64,000 bases of DNA, from assembly GCA_021159015.1 (NCBI GenBank), contig JAGGSQ010000042.1:557-64556 (forward strand), written 5' to 3'. Shown here one piece after another: positions 31,198 to 46,200 of this stretch. A program made the position numbers and the translations under genes. Positions within the stretch are counted from its first letter, which is position 1. Every line of letters starts with the position of its first letter. Below the pieces are notes generated by a model that was given only the letters and a program-made list of their open reading frames with translations, searched no databases and was not told the DNA's origin. Origin of the DNA: Candidatus Omnitrophota bacterium. Its GTDB lineage: Bacteria; Omnitrophota; Gorgyraeia; Duberdicusellales; Duberdicusellaceae.

Positions 31198-31230
31198 TGC
31201 AACATTTTGCTTCGTAAGCAAAATGTTGCA
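31198..31230. repeat. REP-like palindrome, copy 2
   Basis: Identical to copy 1, same orientation; both are preceded by TTA on the + strand. Confidence 0.9.
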
Positions 31231-31266
31231 AATAATATGCCGCAGGAGATTGTTTGCTATTGGCGC

Positions 31267-34200
31267 TTACGACGGTGCGGGAAAAGGAGGTAAAGATTGT
31301 TGATAAAATGCAGTTTTACGCTTTCTCTTCTCTTTCTTCTTTTGGTCTTCGTAGTACTGGTAGAATTTGTTCTTGTCTTTGAGTTTGAGGCTGTTTTCAA
31401 TAAATTCATAAGCTCCCACATCTAAGCGTATGTCGTCAAAAGCAGAAGTATCAGTGGGAGTTAAGGGATGATAAGCATAAAATAAAGGTGTGGCCGGTTC
31501 AAAGGAAGCGAAGCGATAACCGCTAAGAGATTCGAAATAATCTTCCTTAACCTTTGCTGCTTCTTGCTGGTAACGGGGATTGTTGTAAAACTTATGGCGG
31601 TATTGGGCAATGAAAGGTTTATGCCTGCTTACTACCAACTGTGCGAGCCGCTGGTAATCAGCATTACTCTTAGGAGACCAGATTTGCTTGGTGTTAAAAT
31701 AGACAAAGCCCGGAGGATTTAAGGGCTGGGGGAAGCGAGTAGGTATAAGTATAGGGGTATTTAAAGGCGTAATTGTTCCCACTAAATTGCCATAAATTTC
31801 TCTAGTGGGATAGGTAATGGAGAGGTTAGAGATATCTAAATACAGGTCTCCTTTAATAGAGACATTTAAGGGTGTCCCCACAGGGCTAATCTTTCCATTT
31901 GGCGCATTTAAAAAAGAATCCTTTACTGCTGCCACATGCGGACCCGCATTTTCGGCAAGGATCGAACCATTTTCTGCTGTCAGGCGGACACCTGATTTTC
32001 TGGACTGGACTGTTCCGGTAATGGTTATATCCCCAGCAGGAGTTAAGAGATTTATAAAGCCGTCAGAGATAATGCGGTTTATAACAATCGGACCATGAAC
32101 TGTCAGGCCTATTCTGCCACCAGCAGAGATATTATTGAAAGTAACACCATCCATCTCCTCAAGGTATAAATCGTTCCCTGCTACCGCATTAATCGTATTT
32201 GCCCATATGTCAATATCGCCGTTAAAAACGGACATATCTCCTATATTATCCTCAGCCTTTAAATCTACCAAATCACCGCGAATATAGTTGGTATCAGCGG
32301 GGTCAACAAACAAATCGTCACAGATACTGCCCGAGGCGGCATTCAGGTAAACATCACTATCCCCCTTAGCCTGGATATCTCCGACAAAAAGGTCTGAATG
32401 TGTTGTAATATGAATGTCTCCTCCCTCATTGTCCACATGTTTGGCATATAAACCTCCGGTATTGTCTATCACAATGTTCCCCATCCGGGAATTGTCAGCA
32501 ACAAGCATATTTGACCTCGTATCAAGGTCTATACCTTTTTGTGCGTCAATATGAAGTTCATCAGCTGCCACATCGCGGGCAGGAACACCATCCTGCGTAA
32601 TAGAGCCCTGTTTTGCCGTCAGGAAAACATCATTTTTTGTGCCGGCATCTATCCATATTGCCTTAATTCCTGAAACAATGCTAGTTAAACTGATATCATT
32701 GGCATCATTATCCGTGAAAGATGTCTCAACATCTGTGGCGGTTATTTTTCCAAGCGCACTTATGGTTACCGAACCATTGGAAGCTATAACTTTGGAAAGG
32801 TCAATATCATCCCTATCGTAAAACGTTATATTCCCCGCCTTTTTGGAGCGGGCAGTCAAACTGTTTACATCATTATTAAAGTGAAGCATTGTTATATTTC
32901 CGGCCGCAGTCGCAAAAAGGCCTGAAGAATTGACAAAGGCATTGCTTTGTATTATGTCTCCCTTGCCGCTTCCGTCATAATCAGCATTTATATATATGTC
33001 GCCTGCTGTAATAATATTGCCGGAGACCTGTTTAAAGTCACTGCCTGAGTTTAATGTAATAATCCTACCTGCACCACTACTGGTAATATTTGCATAAACT
33101 GAAAGAATATCGTCGTCTCCTCCATCTTCTGCCGCCAACAACGTTATATTTCCACCCGAAGAAACAGGGCTCAATACATTAAGAGGAGAAGCCGCAGATA
33201 TATTAAGCTTTCCCCTGGTATTCACTGCTGAAAATCCATCATTATTAAGATCTAAAAGGTTCAATGTTCCGGTATTGGCAATACCAACGGCATTATCAGT
33301 ATTTACTACGTCAAGGTTCACCACAGTTGTTTCTATAGCATCATTTTCTCCAATACCCGACTCAGCCCTGAGTTTCAAATCTTTCGCCGTAATATTATTG
33401 GAATTGCCATTTGCATCAGTAATTGCCCCATATGCCCTTATATCGGCATTTGTTCCGCAAGATACTGAATCTACTGCTATTTTCCCCAATGCCGTAAGCT
33501 TCAGCGCCTGACCTACAGACACATTGCCTAAAGTGACATTATCCTTTTCACCAATAAAGGCACTGCCAGATACATTAGAAAGGTTTAATGTATCTACACC
33601 TATATCCAGCCAATTCAACTCTCCGGCAGAACCAACATTGTTTGCCTTCATAATGTTCAATGTGCCTGCCGTAAGATATTTACCATCGTTTGAGGTATCG
33701 ATTATGTCCCCATCCGCATTAAGTGTAACAGCATGAGAACCGGCATTAACTGAGCCGTTTAGTCTGATATCATCAGAGGACCTAAGAGACACATCTCCCG
33801 AAGCTGTTATAGTGTAATTACTGAAAAGATTTAAATTGCCACTGGTAGTAGAAATATTTATGCTTCTTGCAGATATATCTTTTAAACTCAATGCCCCACC
33901 AGAAGAAACCTCACTTATATAAATATCGCCGGCACCATTATTAACTGCAACATAAGAAATTCTGGTATCTAAAGCATCGTTGCCTGCCGCCCCAACATTG
34001 CCTGCATTATTCATTATTAATCCATCCGCCCAAATATAACTTGTGTTATCTGTATCCAAAATATCCGCTCCTGCCGGATTAAGTCGAACAAGCTTGCCCT
34101 TCGCATTGAGATTGGCTCCAAAAACCATATTTCCTTTAGAAAAGAAATCAACGTCATCGCCTGCAGACGTATCTCCTATAATAGAGAGGCTGCCCATACT

Positions 34201-37200
34201 GTATATTCGCAACCCTTGTGCTATATCTGAAACACCAACATTCAAATCTTTATTAGAGAAAAGATTGGCGCTTCCCGCATTAGTATGCATATTTAAAACT
34301 CCATTGGCATCAGTGAGTTCTACATCCAAAGCACCGGCATTGCCTAACGGATTTCCAATAGAGTTAAAGGCATTAAGTTCTATATTGTCCGCATAGATAT
34401 TTGTAGTGGAGTCGTCCAGCCAATCAAAAATGGAGCCGGTATCTGCTTTTATCCATGCCTTCTGCCCGCTATTTATCACATCTAAATAAATATCTCCAAG
34501 TGGTTTCTCCAGATAAATATCGCCGGAAGCCCTGGCTGTAACATAAGGCTTGTCCCCGCTCAGTGCAATTCTAACGGGTGAACGCACCGTCCCTATCTGC
34601 CCATTTGAGGCCTCCAAGATAATACCATTAGAAGCAACCATATTTGAGAAAGCGTCGGGTCTAGGATTAAAGATTCTCCCGCCTACCTTCACTCTAACCC
34701 TGTCTCCAGCATTCAGGGCATAAACATTTATGTCATGTTCGGACCCGAGGAAGATATGCCCGGTTGCAGTAAGGAAGACATTTTCTGAGGCATGCACATC
34801 CAAGTCCTCCCTGCGGTGAATAACAAGCTGGTTTGCGCCCCATTCCAAATCGTCGCGTTCGGCTGAAGCAATGGCAAGCTTTATTTCATCTATCTCAGCA
34901 TCAGTATAATTCTTAGAAAAGACAAAGATTAAATCGTCTTTATCTTTGCCTATTTCCCCGCCGGCAACCACAGTAACATTTCGCCCGACTATATTGGGGT
35001 CTTCTATGGATAATGTAGTATCTTTTGTTAAAACAAAACTTGGCAGCCCGCCTTCCAGCTGTTTCTGGGTCCAGAAGTAACCACTGCTTAAATCATCTTT
35101 CTCTTTGTCTGAAAGGGAATACGAGAAATCGGGGTCAAAATCCGTCTGCCCCCACGTCCGATACTTATCCGTCATATCATTTTCTAAATCCTTAATGTCT
35201 TTATCACTCCAGCCGGATTTTTTCAGGCTGTCTCTCTCGCTCTGAGAATAATGAAATTCAACATTCGGGTCATATGCGTCCCAGGAATATGTGCCGTCGG
35301 AATTTCTCTTCAAGTTGCGTTCCTTACTCCAATAGCTTTTATATGCCTCGTTCATAGTATTACTGTAGGCATCCCATTGCGACTGCTTTTTATTTTCAGC
35401 ACCGGCGCCGGTAAGCTGCATATCATTCCACAAAGCAAGCAACTCACTTTTTGTACGGGTATCGGCCTTTTCATTTGAGTTGGCATCTATAATATCGCCA
35501 GGGGCAAATATATTCACGTCACCGGAAGCAGAAACCTTATGTATGGCAAGGTCTCCGGAAACCTCCATAAGGTTTATATCCCCTTTAGCGGATATTACGT
35601 CTATTACTCCTCCATTTGCCGCATCGGTATCAACGCGCAAGACATCCAATGGAGCACCAATAGTGCCGGTTTTAGCCTCTAAGTAGATATTTTTCCCTTT
35701 TATAATAGAAATGCTATTCGAAAGAAGCAGATTATCGTTTGCTATCAACCCCACAGAACCACTCCCCGTAACAAGATTGGTAACGAATAAATCGCCGTTG
35801 GGAGATTCAATATATATGTTCTTGCCGGCAAGAGCATTGAGAGTATTGCCTCCTGAATGGGTTATCTTAAAATACATATCTTTTTTGCCAATACTGCCAT
35901 TATTGGCCATTAGATTTATTTCGCCGCTTTTTACGCTTGAAAAACTGGATTTTGAAAGTATACTGCCGGCAGATGAGGTCAAATTTGTGACTCCCCCTAC
36001 ATTATTGAGGTTGCCTCCCAACCGGATATCACCGACACTATTTACAGAAACCTGGCCGCGGTCATATCCAATAAAGGACACATCTATTGGCAGATCGGCC
36101 TTGACGGAATGATAGTTGTATGTATTAGTCCCTTTATCCCAGATTTGAGTACGTCTCCACCAGGTCTTCTTTGCCGGATATGGGGGATGCCACCAGCTTC
36201 CCGGATGCCAATACCAGTAGGTCCCTTCAGAATCGTCCTGGTGAATCAGGTCGTTTTTAGTCGTAACCGTCAACCTCTTATAGGTATAGTCTGCCGCATG
36301 CTTTTGGCCTACAAAATCTCCCTGAGGAAGTTCGTCCCCCGATAAAATTCTCGTCTTAGGATACCCGCTTACATAATCACTGCTTGAAAAATGCCTTTCG
36401 CTCACCGGGATGAACCCTAAGAATTTGTCATGTTCTTTATACCATTTTTTTATGGTCTGGGACGAAGTCGCCTTGCCCGTCATCCAGAAATAGCGCATAT
36501 TCTCAAGTGGCTGATAAATTGCATCTCTGCCAGTCGCTATAGATTTTAACTGCGTGGCAACCGTACTGTTTACGCCGCTATTGGTAAAAATGCGGATTTG
36601 GTTGCCAAGACGTTCATATCTGGTTACAAACGAAAGCCCTGTCCCGTTGTCCTTTGCCTTGTCGATTAAAATCACCTGGCCTTCAGCGCCTCCTGTATCC
36701 ACATCTTTAAGAACAACGGGGAGGCTTGTCTGATTATCAATATTTATCCTCCCATACCCGTCCAAAACGTTAATCTTACCATCTCCGGTACTGACAATTC
36801 TGCCGGAAATAAATACCAAACCGCCTCTTACCTGCGCACCCAAAATCCGTATTTCGTTATCCCGGGCATCCAATTCAGCGGATATTCCGCCAACTACCAC
36901 CCTGCGGCTTGGGTCAAGGCTTTCATCAACCTTCAATATCTGCACAAAACGTTTGCCGGTTCTATTCGCCTCATTATAGGCCGCCTCAACATCGGCCTGA
37001 GTAATAACAATAGCTTTATCCGGCAGGCCGCTCTGTATGACACCATTTATATTTACTGTATCGGCATTTATGTAAATATTGTTCCCAGCTATCTGAAAAC
37101 TATTTGAAGGAGATTGGCCTTTATACGCAGGCTTAACCGGCCAATTATTTTCATAGGCCTCGGCAAGATACTTAAACCCCGCCGCGGGATTCGGGCCAAT

Positions 37201-40200
37201 GTTATAAAGCGTCTCCGGAGAATCAAATATAAAGTCCCCTCCCGCCGACAATTGTATGGTATCCGCGCGTATGCTGGATGTAGCAATGATACTTCCTGTA
37301 TCATTGCTGATGGAAACCATACCATTAATATTGTTAATAGGCCCGGATATAAAAAGCGCCGGATCCGATAAATCCGGAATATTATCAGGATTGTATACGC
37401 CTGAATTTTTATCAAAATTATTCTTTACTTCAATAAGAGGAGGCAAAGAATCCTGGGCATCCTGCAAAGTAAAGTTGACAACAGTACCTACCGGTGCGCC
37501 GTCATTTAACGCGCTTATTCCAGAAGAGTCTCTTACAACGTGATTGTTAAACTTGATTTTTCCGCCCAGGTCATCGGGAATAGTAAGGCTGTCCAATTTT
37601 ATAGGCAAAGGAGAATTGTTTATTATTCTAATTTTGACATCTCCGGGAGCAATAATCTCTCCTGTCCCGACAAGATAATCTCCCCAAATATTCACATCTC
37701 CGGAAGCGGCATAAGCCGGGTTTACCTTTATTATGTCCACATACTCGTCATTGCCCTGGCTGTTTAACTGGGCTTTCAAAATATTTATGCGGGTGTTTAT
37801 ATCCTGTGCCAGTTCCGAGTTTGCACCATATTGATTTTTCAAATTTTCCAGCCGGTCTATTTCCTGCTGTATATTGTCAACTATACGCTGGTCTGTAAGA
37901 ACCGTCCATGAAATTCCTTCGCTCTGCTGATCAGGGACAAGAATCCTAAGCCTGTTTTCCCCGTTATAAACAGCCCAAAAACCATTTTCGGCATCATAAC
38001 CAATTGTATAGCGCCCCTTGGTGCCATCATCCTTTTTATAATAGGGATTAAACATATTCGTCCCAAAGGTAAGGAATAGATCTCTATAAATCCCTGTTTC
38101 TAACTTTCCTTCCAAGATAATACTCCCTTTACCCTCATTAACAGAATGTCCACCTAATGTATCAAAGGCACCATCAGCATCGGTGCCAAAAAGTTCTATC
38201 AGCTTCTCCAAAGCATACCTTGAGGCATCGCTGGCCTTGCCGTTGCCGTTGGCAAAAAGTAATCCCTTTGCAGCATTTATATACATATGGCTTCCAGAAG
38301 CTATACGGGAACCGCTCTTTATATTAATCCCCGCATTATGCCTCGCAGTAGCATCTGCAGTCGGAGTACCACTATAAGCAAAAGCTGTTTTGTTAAATAC
38401 ATCCGTGTTGGCTTTTACACTAAATAAACTCACCGTATCCGTATCTGCACCTGCCATAAGATACATCTGTTTGGAAGCAATAACCTCGCTGTTATTTCCA
38501 AAGATAAGAGTATCATCAGAATCTGCCAGTGCTTTCGATTCGCCCTGTCCTGCTGATGCCAAACCATAAGTAGAGGTATTTGCCTGCGCTTTCATATCTG
38601 CATTGGTTCTGGCAAAAAACTTAACATCCCCCAAAGACTTCAAAAATGCCCCGTCTCCTATATTAATGGAAGCATCTACAGGTTGAGCCGTAATAAAACT
38701 TTCTGATTTTGCCAAAGAAATAAAACCTGCTGCATCCAATTTTACTTTGTCATATAGATACAAATCGTTCAGAGCACTTACCTCAATATCAGATGTGGTA
38801 TCTGCGTCATCATGCATCTGGATTTTTGCATTATTCCCTATATTAACTTTTGTATGAACAGAGACGTCTGTCTTGCCGCTTGCAGCCGCTCCGTTAAAAA
38901 CCCCTCCTGAACCCGAAATAGCATTATAGTCTGACAACCATGGTTTCCAAACCGTAGTGGATGCACCTATCTTTACAGAATCTGATTTAATCTGTGTATT
39001 GCTGCCTATATCCACCGTTGTAAGGGCGTTCGCTTTATTGCTCGACCATGCTCCAGACTTACCAACTACGCTAACAGCCGAACTGTCAGTCTTGCTGTTA
39101 AACTTGGTTTCCTGATCCGCCTTTACATCAAATTCATCAGATTCTATTTTCTTTCCATTGCCTCCAGAACCGATATACCCTTCAGTAGTGCTCACATTTA
39201 CAGTCTCAGCTTTGGCTGCAACACCTGACAACGCCCCTGCCGTCTTGGCAAAAGATTCGGCATAAGCATCGCTTTTACCTTCAGCATAAACACTTATTTT
39301 GCCGGCATCTATATCAACCTCTTCCCCTATGCCAGCAGTAGTCTCAATATTTGCTTTTGCACTGCTAAATGCACCGCCTATCCCCAACAACCCAAGAGCA
39401 AAACCGCCGGCATATGAATCAATATCAGTGGAATCGCTGCTGGTTATAGAAAGATTGTTTTCTATGTCAGCACTTGAACCGTCGCCCATATAGGCAAATG
39501 TCCTGCTCATAGATCCGGAAGACGATTTGTTTAATTCAGACTCAACAGAAACGTTATTTATATCACTCTTGACATCGGTCCCCTGAACATCATCAACATA
39601 GCCGTCAACCTTATTTGCGCTGGCCTGCTCCTGCGAATATGAAGCCGTATTGCCTGATTCATCACGGCTGTCTCCCGATAAATCCGCACCGGCCAATACA
39701 ATTGAAACAGCCCCTGTAATACCACATGCCAGACCGCCTGATGCGGATATCACCTTTGAATTGACAGATTTCTCAGAAACAGCTCTAATCTCCAGATTAT
39801 CTGCCGTTACAGTATTGTTTGTTCCCAAATATGCGCCGGTATCGGTGCGAATTACATCGACATCGACTCCGGCTCCTACACCAAGCCCTATACTTAAAGC
39901 TCCTCCCCCTGTCTTACTGGAAACATTCACAGTATCCTCTGCTTTCACAGAAGAATCACTGCCAGCATCAATATTTACACCATCCTTGGTATAAACATGT
40001 GTTTTTGAAGTAACAACATTTACAGAAACAGAGCCGGCAACCCCGGTCAGCCCACCGCCTGCCCCGGCAACAGTAACCGAATCTATTGTCTCCGAAGAAT
40101 CGGCATTTATATCCACATCTTTTGCGGATTTGAGATTCGTATTTGAATCAGCGTGGGATTCTGTAAAATTATTAATAGTAACAACCGAAACAGCCCCGCC

Positions 40201-43200
40201 GAAACCAGCTACCCCTAAACCAACACTGGCGCTACCTGTCTTTGCGTCAACTGTACTTCTGTCAGAAGAAAAAAGCCTTATATTATTGCCGGAATCCAAA
40301 TGTGCATCGCTTCCCACATATACGTCTGTGGAATTAGATAAACACCTTACAGAAACAGAACCCGCCATACCACCAACCAGGCTTCCTGCCAGAGCGGCTG
40401 TCGCCACCTCTGTATCTTCCCGTGAAAGAGCCTGAACGGTTATATCGCCGCCGGATTTTACAACAGAGCCGTTCCCTATATGCGCCCTGGTATCTTTTGC
40501 AAAGATCCCAGTATCCACCGAACCTCCGACACTTGTAACAAGACCCCCCGATAGGGTATTAGCAGACGAAACCAAACGAGTATGGTCTGCCGCCAATACA
40601 TAGACTTCCTGGCTGGAGACACTGTGTTCATTTGCATTTATACTGACATTATTTCCTATATAAGCGTTGGTATCAGTTTTTATGATTTCAACTCCCACGG
40701 CACCGCTAACATTTCCCGTGCCTACAGAGAGGCCGGTTGTGTCAGAAAGGATGTCCTCTGTCGCAAATGCAGTAACAAAAACTCCATGCCTGGCGCTTGT
40801 TTTCTTCACGTCATCAGTTATCGGTGTAAGAGGATCGCCATCATCTGCCAATTCGCCTGTATAAACATCCATTGAATCATACAGGCCTTTCGCGCGCACA
40901 GTTACATTGTCAGCAATATAAGACCGGGTATTGCTCGTAATCACATTTACGTTCAATGAGCCTCCAACACCAAGCACTCCGCTAACTCCAGCACTCCCTG
41001 CAATACTTTTAAGAGCCGTGTCATCTTTAGCATTTACCATAAAACTTCCATCCGTATCAACACTCGCCCCGTCTTTTATACACGCTATTGTATTATTGTT
41101 TAAAGAATAGACAGCTGCCACAATTCCTTGGCCCGCTCCGGCCGCTACGCCAAAACAGATAGAACTATCATCAATCTCTTCGCTTGAATCAGCGTCAATC
41201 TTAATGCCTTTAAGAGCATTTACACTGCTTCCCTCCCCAAAATAAGCCTCCGTTGTCTTTGCTACGACACAGGCATTGTAAGAAGATCCTACGCCCTCCA
41301 AAAGGCCTCCGGCACCGCCGCCAATAACAGAATTAATATTGGAATCGCTGACCGCTCTAACATTGACAGTGTTGCCATCGGTACATGAAGCGTTGACAAC
41401 AGCGTTTTTATTAATATGGGCTTTTGTCTTTGAATCAATAACTGTAATTCCGTTTGAACGAGCCGATCCCATAAATACAGCCGCGCCACCGGATATAGAG
41501 ATAGTATCAGCCTGCTCGTCTTCATCTGCCTCCACGAGTGTCTGTTCTGCAGCCTTCGTCTTAGCGCCATCTTCAATATACGCCTCTGTTGAATTGCTCA
41601 AGATATTAGCCGCAAATGCCCCTGAGAGTCCGCCCTGAAAAGCAACGGATAATCCGCCAGCGTTAATTCTGGTATGGCTCGTATCCGATGCACGGACAAT
41701 CAGATTGCGCCCGGCCTCAACAACAGCCCCGGAGCCAATAAAGGCTTGGGTACTGGACAATGGGTGCTGTGAACCATCGGCATCAACATCAGAAGAGGGC
41801 TTTACGGCATTGTTTTTATCGCCAAATTCCTGTGAAACATTCTCTGTGCTTTTATACCCCTTGCTCCAGTGGGTCTTGCCATCACTTTCAAATCCATTCT
41901 CTTCTTCCTCGATAGGATTAAAATCTAAAACTGAATCCGCATATTCGATAGAATCTCCGCTTTCTCCATTTGCACTGCCGCCCAATGAATCGCGCGCATC
42001 ATAGTTCAATCCACCGCCTACAGCAGATATTGAGATAGACCCCGACAAGCCCGACATAATTCCTGCGCCAACTGAACCGGTATAAGAATCGACCAATTTA
42101 TCCGTATGCGCATCAACAAGAATATCCTCGTAGGCCTTTACCTTTGATGCATTTCCAATATGAGCAGTGGCGGAGTTTCTCAATATATTAACATCCGCCG
42201 CGCCTCCGGCACCTATTCCAGCAGCCACTCCGCCGCCACCAACTTTGGAAGAAATATGTGCAGAATCATTTGACCTAACTTTTACATACTGTCCGGACTT
42301 GTAAAAAGAATTGTCCTGATTTATCTCGGCTCTATCCCCTATTTTCGATTGTGTGGTTGATTTAATGATATCCACATTGATAGAACCGGAAACCCCTACT
42401 AATCCCGCCGCGCCTCCGGCAATAACTATTGGCTCAATATCTTCAACAGCATCCGAAAAGACATCGGTTATCCCTGAAGCGTTGGTTAGTGCATCATCGC
42501 CGATTGAAGACCTCGTAGAATTAGCAATAACATTTACAGATACAGCACCTCCGACTCCGCCGCCTATACCAAAGGCGCCATTGCCAACAGTAACATCAAT
42601 ATAACTGTCATCTTTGGACTTTACTAAAAGATCCCCATCTGTATCAACTTTTCCTTTGTCCGCAATATATGAATGGACCTGATTGGCAATTACATTGGCT
42701 GCAATAGCTCCTCCTACTCCCGCGATACCGCCCACTGAAAGATTCATTATTATATTGTTTACCTGGTCAGAGGAAACCGCACTAATGGAAACATTGCCTT
42801 TTGATTTTACAATATTTTTCTGATCCGCTCTGCGGGCTTCATCAGAACCCCCGATAAACGAACGAACATTTTTTGTAATGATATTAGTAGCTATGCCACC
42901 GCCTACTCCAACTTTAACAGCACCAGCAACTACACCAGTTAAACTCAGCACACGGGAATGGTCTAAGGAATTCAAATATACCTCTTGAGAAGAAGACGCA
43001 CCGTTATTATTTTCGTTAAGTTTTACATCATTACCTATTGAAGCCTCGGTGGTGGTAGTAATTGTGTTAATTGCTCCGGATCCCGTAACACCGGCCACAA
43101 TTGCGCCTCCCACACCTGTCGTGACAGAAAAGATATCTTCTGTTGAAGACGCCGTAAGAGATACTCCTTTCATTTTTCTGGTCTTTTTGCCGTCCTCGGT

Positions 43201-46200
43201 TACAGGTGTGCGAGTCTGGTTGTATGAAGTAACAGAATCCACCATCTGGTTCCATTTATCTACCGCCCCGCCTACAAAGGCAATATCAGAATTTCCATCA
43301 ATTTCACCTGTGTAAACATCCATATCATCGCCATTGCCCCTTGCATTTACCACGGCATCATCGGCAATGCGCGCATAAGTATGTTTAACCAACGTATTTA
43401 TTGAAACGGAGCCGCCTACTGCGGCCGTTCCAGCAATATTTCCATTGCCTGAAAGCGAATTTATCAGCGAATCATCTTCGGAAAAAATTCTTATATTGCC
43501 GTCAGAGTCCACTACCGCCCCTTCGTCTATTAAAGACTCAGTGCTATTAACGATAGTATTTGTACTTATGACCCCTCCTACAGCGGCAACTCCAGCTCCC
43601 TGAAGAGATACGGCTCCTGAATTAATATCATCGGCAACATTTGTAACGATATCTATCTGCTTTTTAGCACTTACTCTTGCACTTTTGCCAATAGAAGCCT
43701 TGGTATCTTTAACAACAGTATTCACAACAGCTGTCGCACCTATTCCTGCTGTCGCTGCCGCCCCGCCTGTACCGCCCAAAGCCGTAAGAACAGTCTTGCT
43801 GTCCGCCTCAACAGTAACGGATTGATCGTTCCCTTTATAGGCATTATCCTGATTAACTTCAGCCCCACTGTCTATATAAGCGTAAGTGCCTGTATTTATA
43901 ACGTTTAAAAGCAGTGACCCAGCGACCGCTGCCGTACCTGCCCCGCCAAGGCTAACTGTTGCGTCAATAATACGTTCCGAAGATTCGGCATTTACACTTA
44001 CTAGTTTTTTTGCGTCAATCCTGGCATTATCACCAATAAAAGCGCGCGTGGTGTTATTAGAAAGCATAAACGCCCCTGCTCCGCCTACCGCCGCAGTACC
44101 AGCTCCCATAGCGCTCCCAGCACTCATATTAACAGTAAGCGCATCCTTAGCAAGCACATTTACCTCACCTTTTGATTTCACCTCAGCTCCATCGCCTATA
44201 TACGCAGCGGTATCAGTAAGGGGTTCATTAGAAGTCTGGTTCATATCTCCAGAAACGGATATCGAACTTTTATCTTCTATAAAATCTTCAATGCTGGTGG
44301 TATTTCCATTGCTATCGGTAAATTCTATATCCCCAATACTGCCAAACTGACCACTAATGCCAGCCTCTCCTTTTTGATCAACATAATCCCCAGTGGAAAC
44401 ATCATTGCCTTCGGTATCTTTTCCTGTAAGATGGTTTTGTACATCATCTTCAAACTTTGCTCCCACAGAAACAACAGAGACAGCACCTGCCACCGCGGCT
44501 GTGCCTGCTCCTGTTCCAGCAATTGAAAGAGAATCTATTACCTTCTCGGAATCTGACCTTACAAGGACACCATCCGCATCTGTAAGACCATCCTCGCTGT
44601 AAACCTTAGCATCCGCATCTATGTTTGCTATTACGCGGTTTTTCACCACCGTTAAATCCAAAGATCCCCCGACACCGGCTGTGCCTCCGGCGGCAGCCGC
44701 ACCTGATATACCAAGAACTTTCACTTTGTCAGATGAAGATACCTCAATGCTTTGCCCGCTAACGGCAAAAGCGCTGTTCTGATTAAGCTCAGAATTGCGC
44801 CCTATACGGGCATGGGTATCCACATCCATAATTCTAAGTACCAAAGAACCCGCCACGCCAGCTGTCCCAGCACCAGTCCCTCCCACCGCAAAAGAATCAA
44901 TATTTTCTTCTGAATTAGCAGCTACACTTGTTTTATGCCTGGCATTGCTTTCAGTAAAATCTCCTAACTCCGCCGTAATGTCATTTTCAAGTAATACCGC
45001 TGTAAGAGACCCCCCGACTCCAGTGGTGCCGCCTCCGCCAATAATGCCAGAAAATTGGAAAATCCTGCTTTCGTCGCTGGCACTAATTCTGATATCATTG
45101 CCTGCTTCCAAAATAACACGGTCATCTTTATTGTCTGTCGAAACAGTAAAGGCGTGCGTATCGCTCTTTATTAAGGCAAAACTTACTGTCCCGCTTACGC
45201 CTGCTGTCCCTGCTCCGGAAAGACCCGCCATCATGGAACTAATTCTTTCCAGAGAATCAGCTCTAATTCCGATATCCTTTCTTGCCTTAACCTTTGACCT
45301 TTCATCTACCCATGCGCTTGTATTCTTGAATATAGCACTAGTATCAGCCGACCCTCCCACACCAGCTGTTCCGCCGCCTGTAACAACTCCGCCATATCCG
45401 TTTACTCCAGTGTAATCAAAGGCATTTATCTCTACTGACTGATCCGCACCGGCATCAGAAGTGTCATTAATAACTGCATCTTTGCCTATATAGGCTGAAG
45501 TATTATTTACAACAATATTGACTGAAAGCGTGCCTGCAACTCCGGCAGTGCCGCCGCCTGATCCTCCGACGACAACATTGCGAAGATCTTCGGTTGCAAA
45601 AGCATTAATGTTAAGCCCCTTAAACTGTTTTGTCTTTTTGGTAGCATCTGTCAATTCGCCAATTCCAAAACTGAAATTGTTCCCGTCAGGAAGCGTAACC
45701 GTCAAATCAAGCGTGGGCACATCTATATCTCCGTCATACACATCAGAAGAATCTCTTTTGGCTTTAGCTACAACATAAGCCCCATCTGCAATAAACGCTT
45801 TAGTGTTGTTAACAATAGTATTTGCCGCAACGGACCCTCCTACTCCGGCAGTACCGCCGCCTGCACCGCTTCCCACAAACAGGTTTGAATCAGTATCGTC
45901 CTGGGCTAAAAGCAGTATATTTCCATCCGATTCCACATCAGAATAACTATCTATAAAGGAAAGTGTATTGTTAACCACCACCAAGGCCGAGGCCGCACCT
46001 GCAATACCAGCGGTACCACCGCCGGCAGCTCCCGCCGTAATAGAAAAAACATTTTCTTTAGACGTAGAGCTTATATCAATATGTTTTTTCGCGATAACCT
46101 GAGCATTTTTCCCTATATAGGAGTTTGTATGTTTTACCAACACATCCACATCACCTGAAGCACCGACACCGGCAGTGCCGCCGCCTGATGCAGATCCTCC

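Noticed and set aside
30201-31230. Palindromic 33-bp repeats as a CRISPR array
   Set aside because: Only two adjacent copies about 1 kb apart, enclosing a transposase; no spacers and no cas genes.
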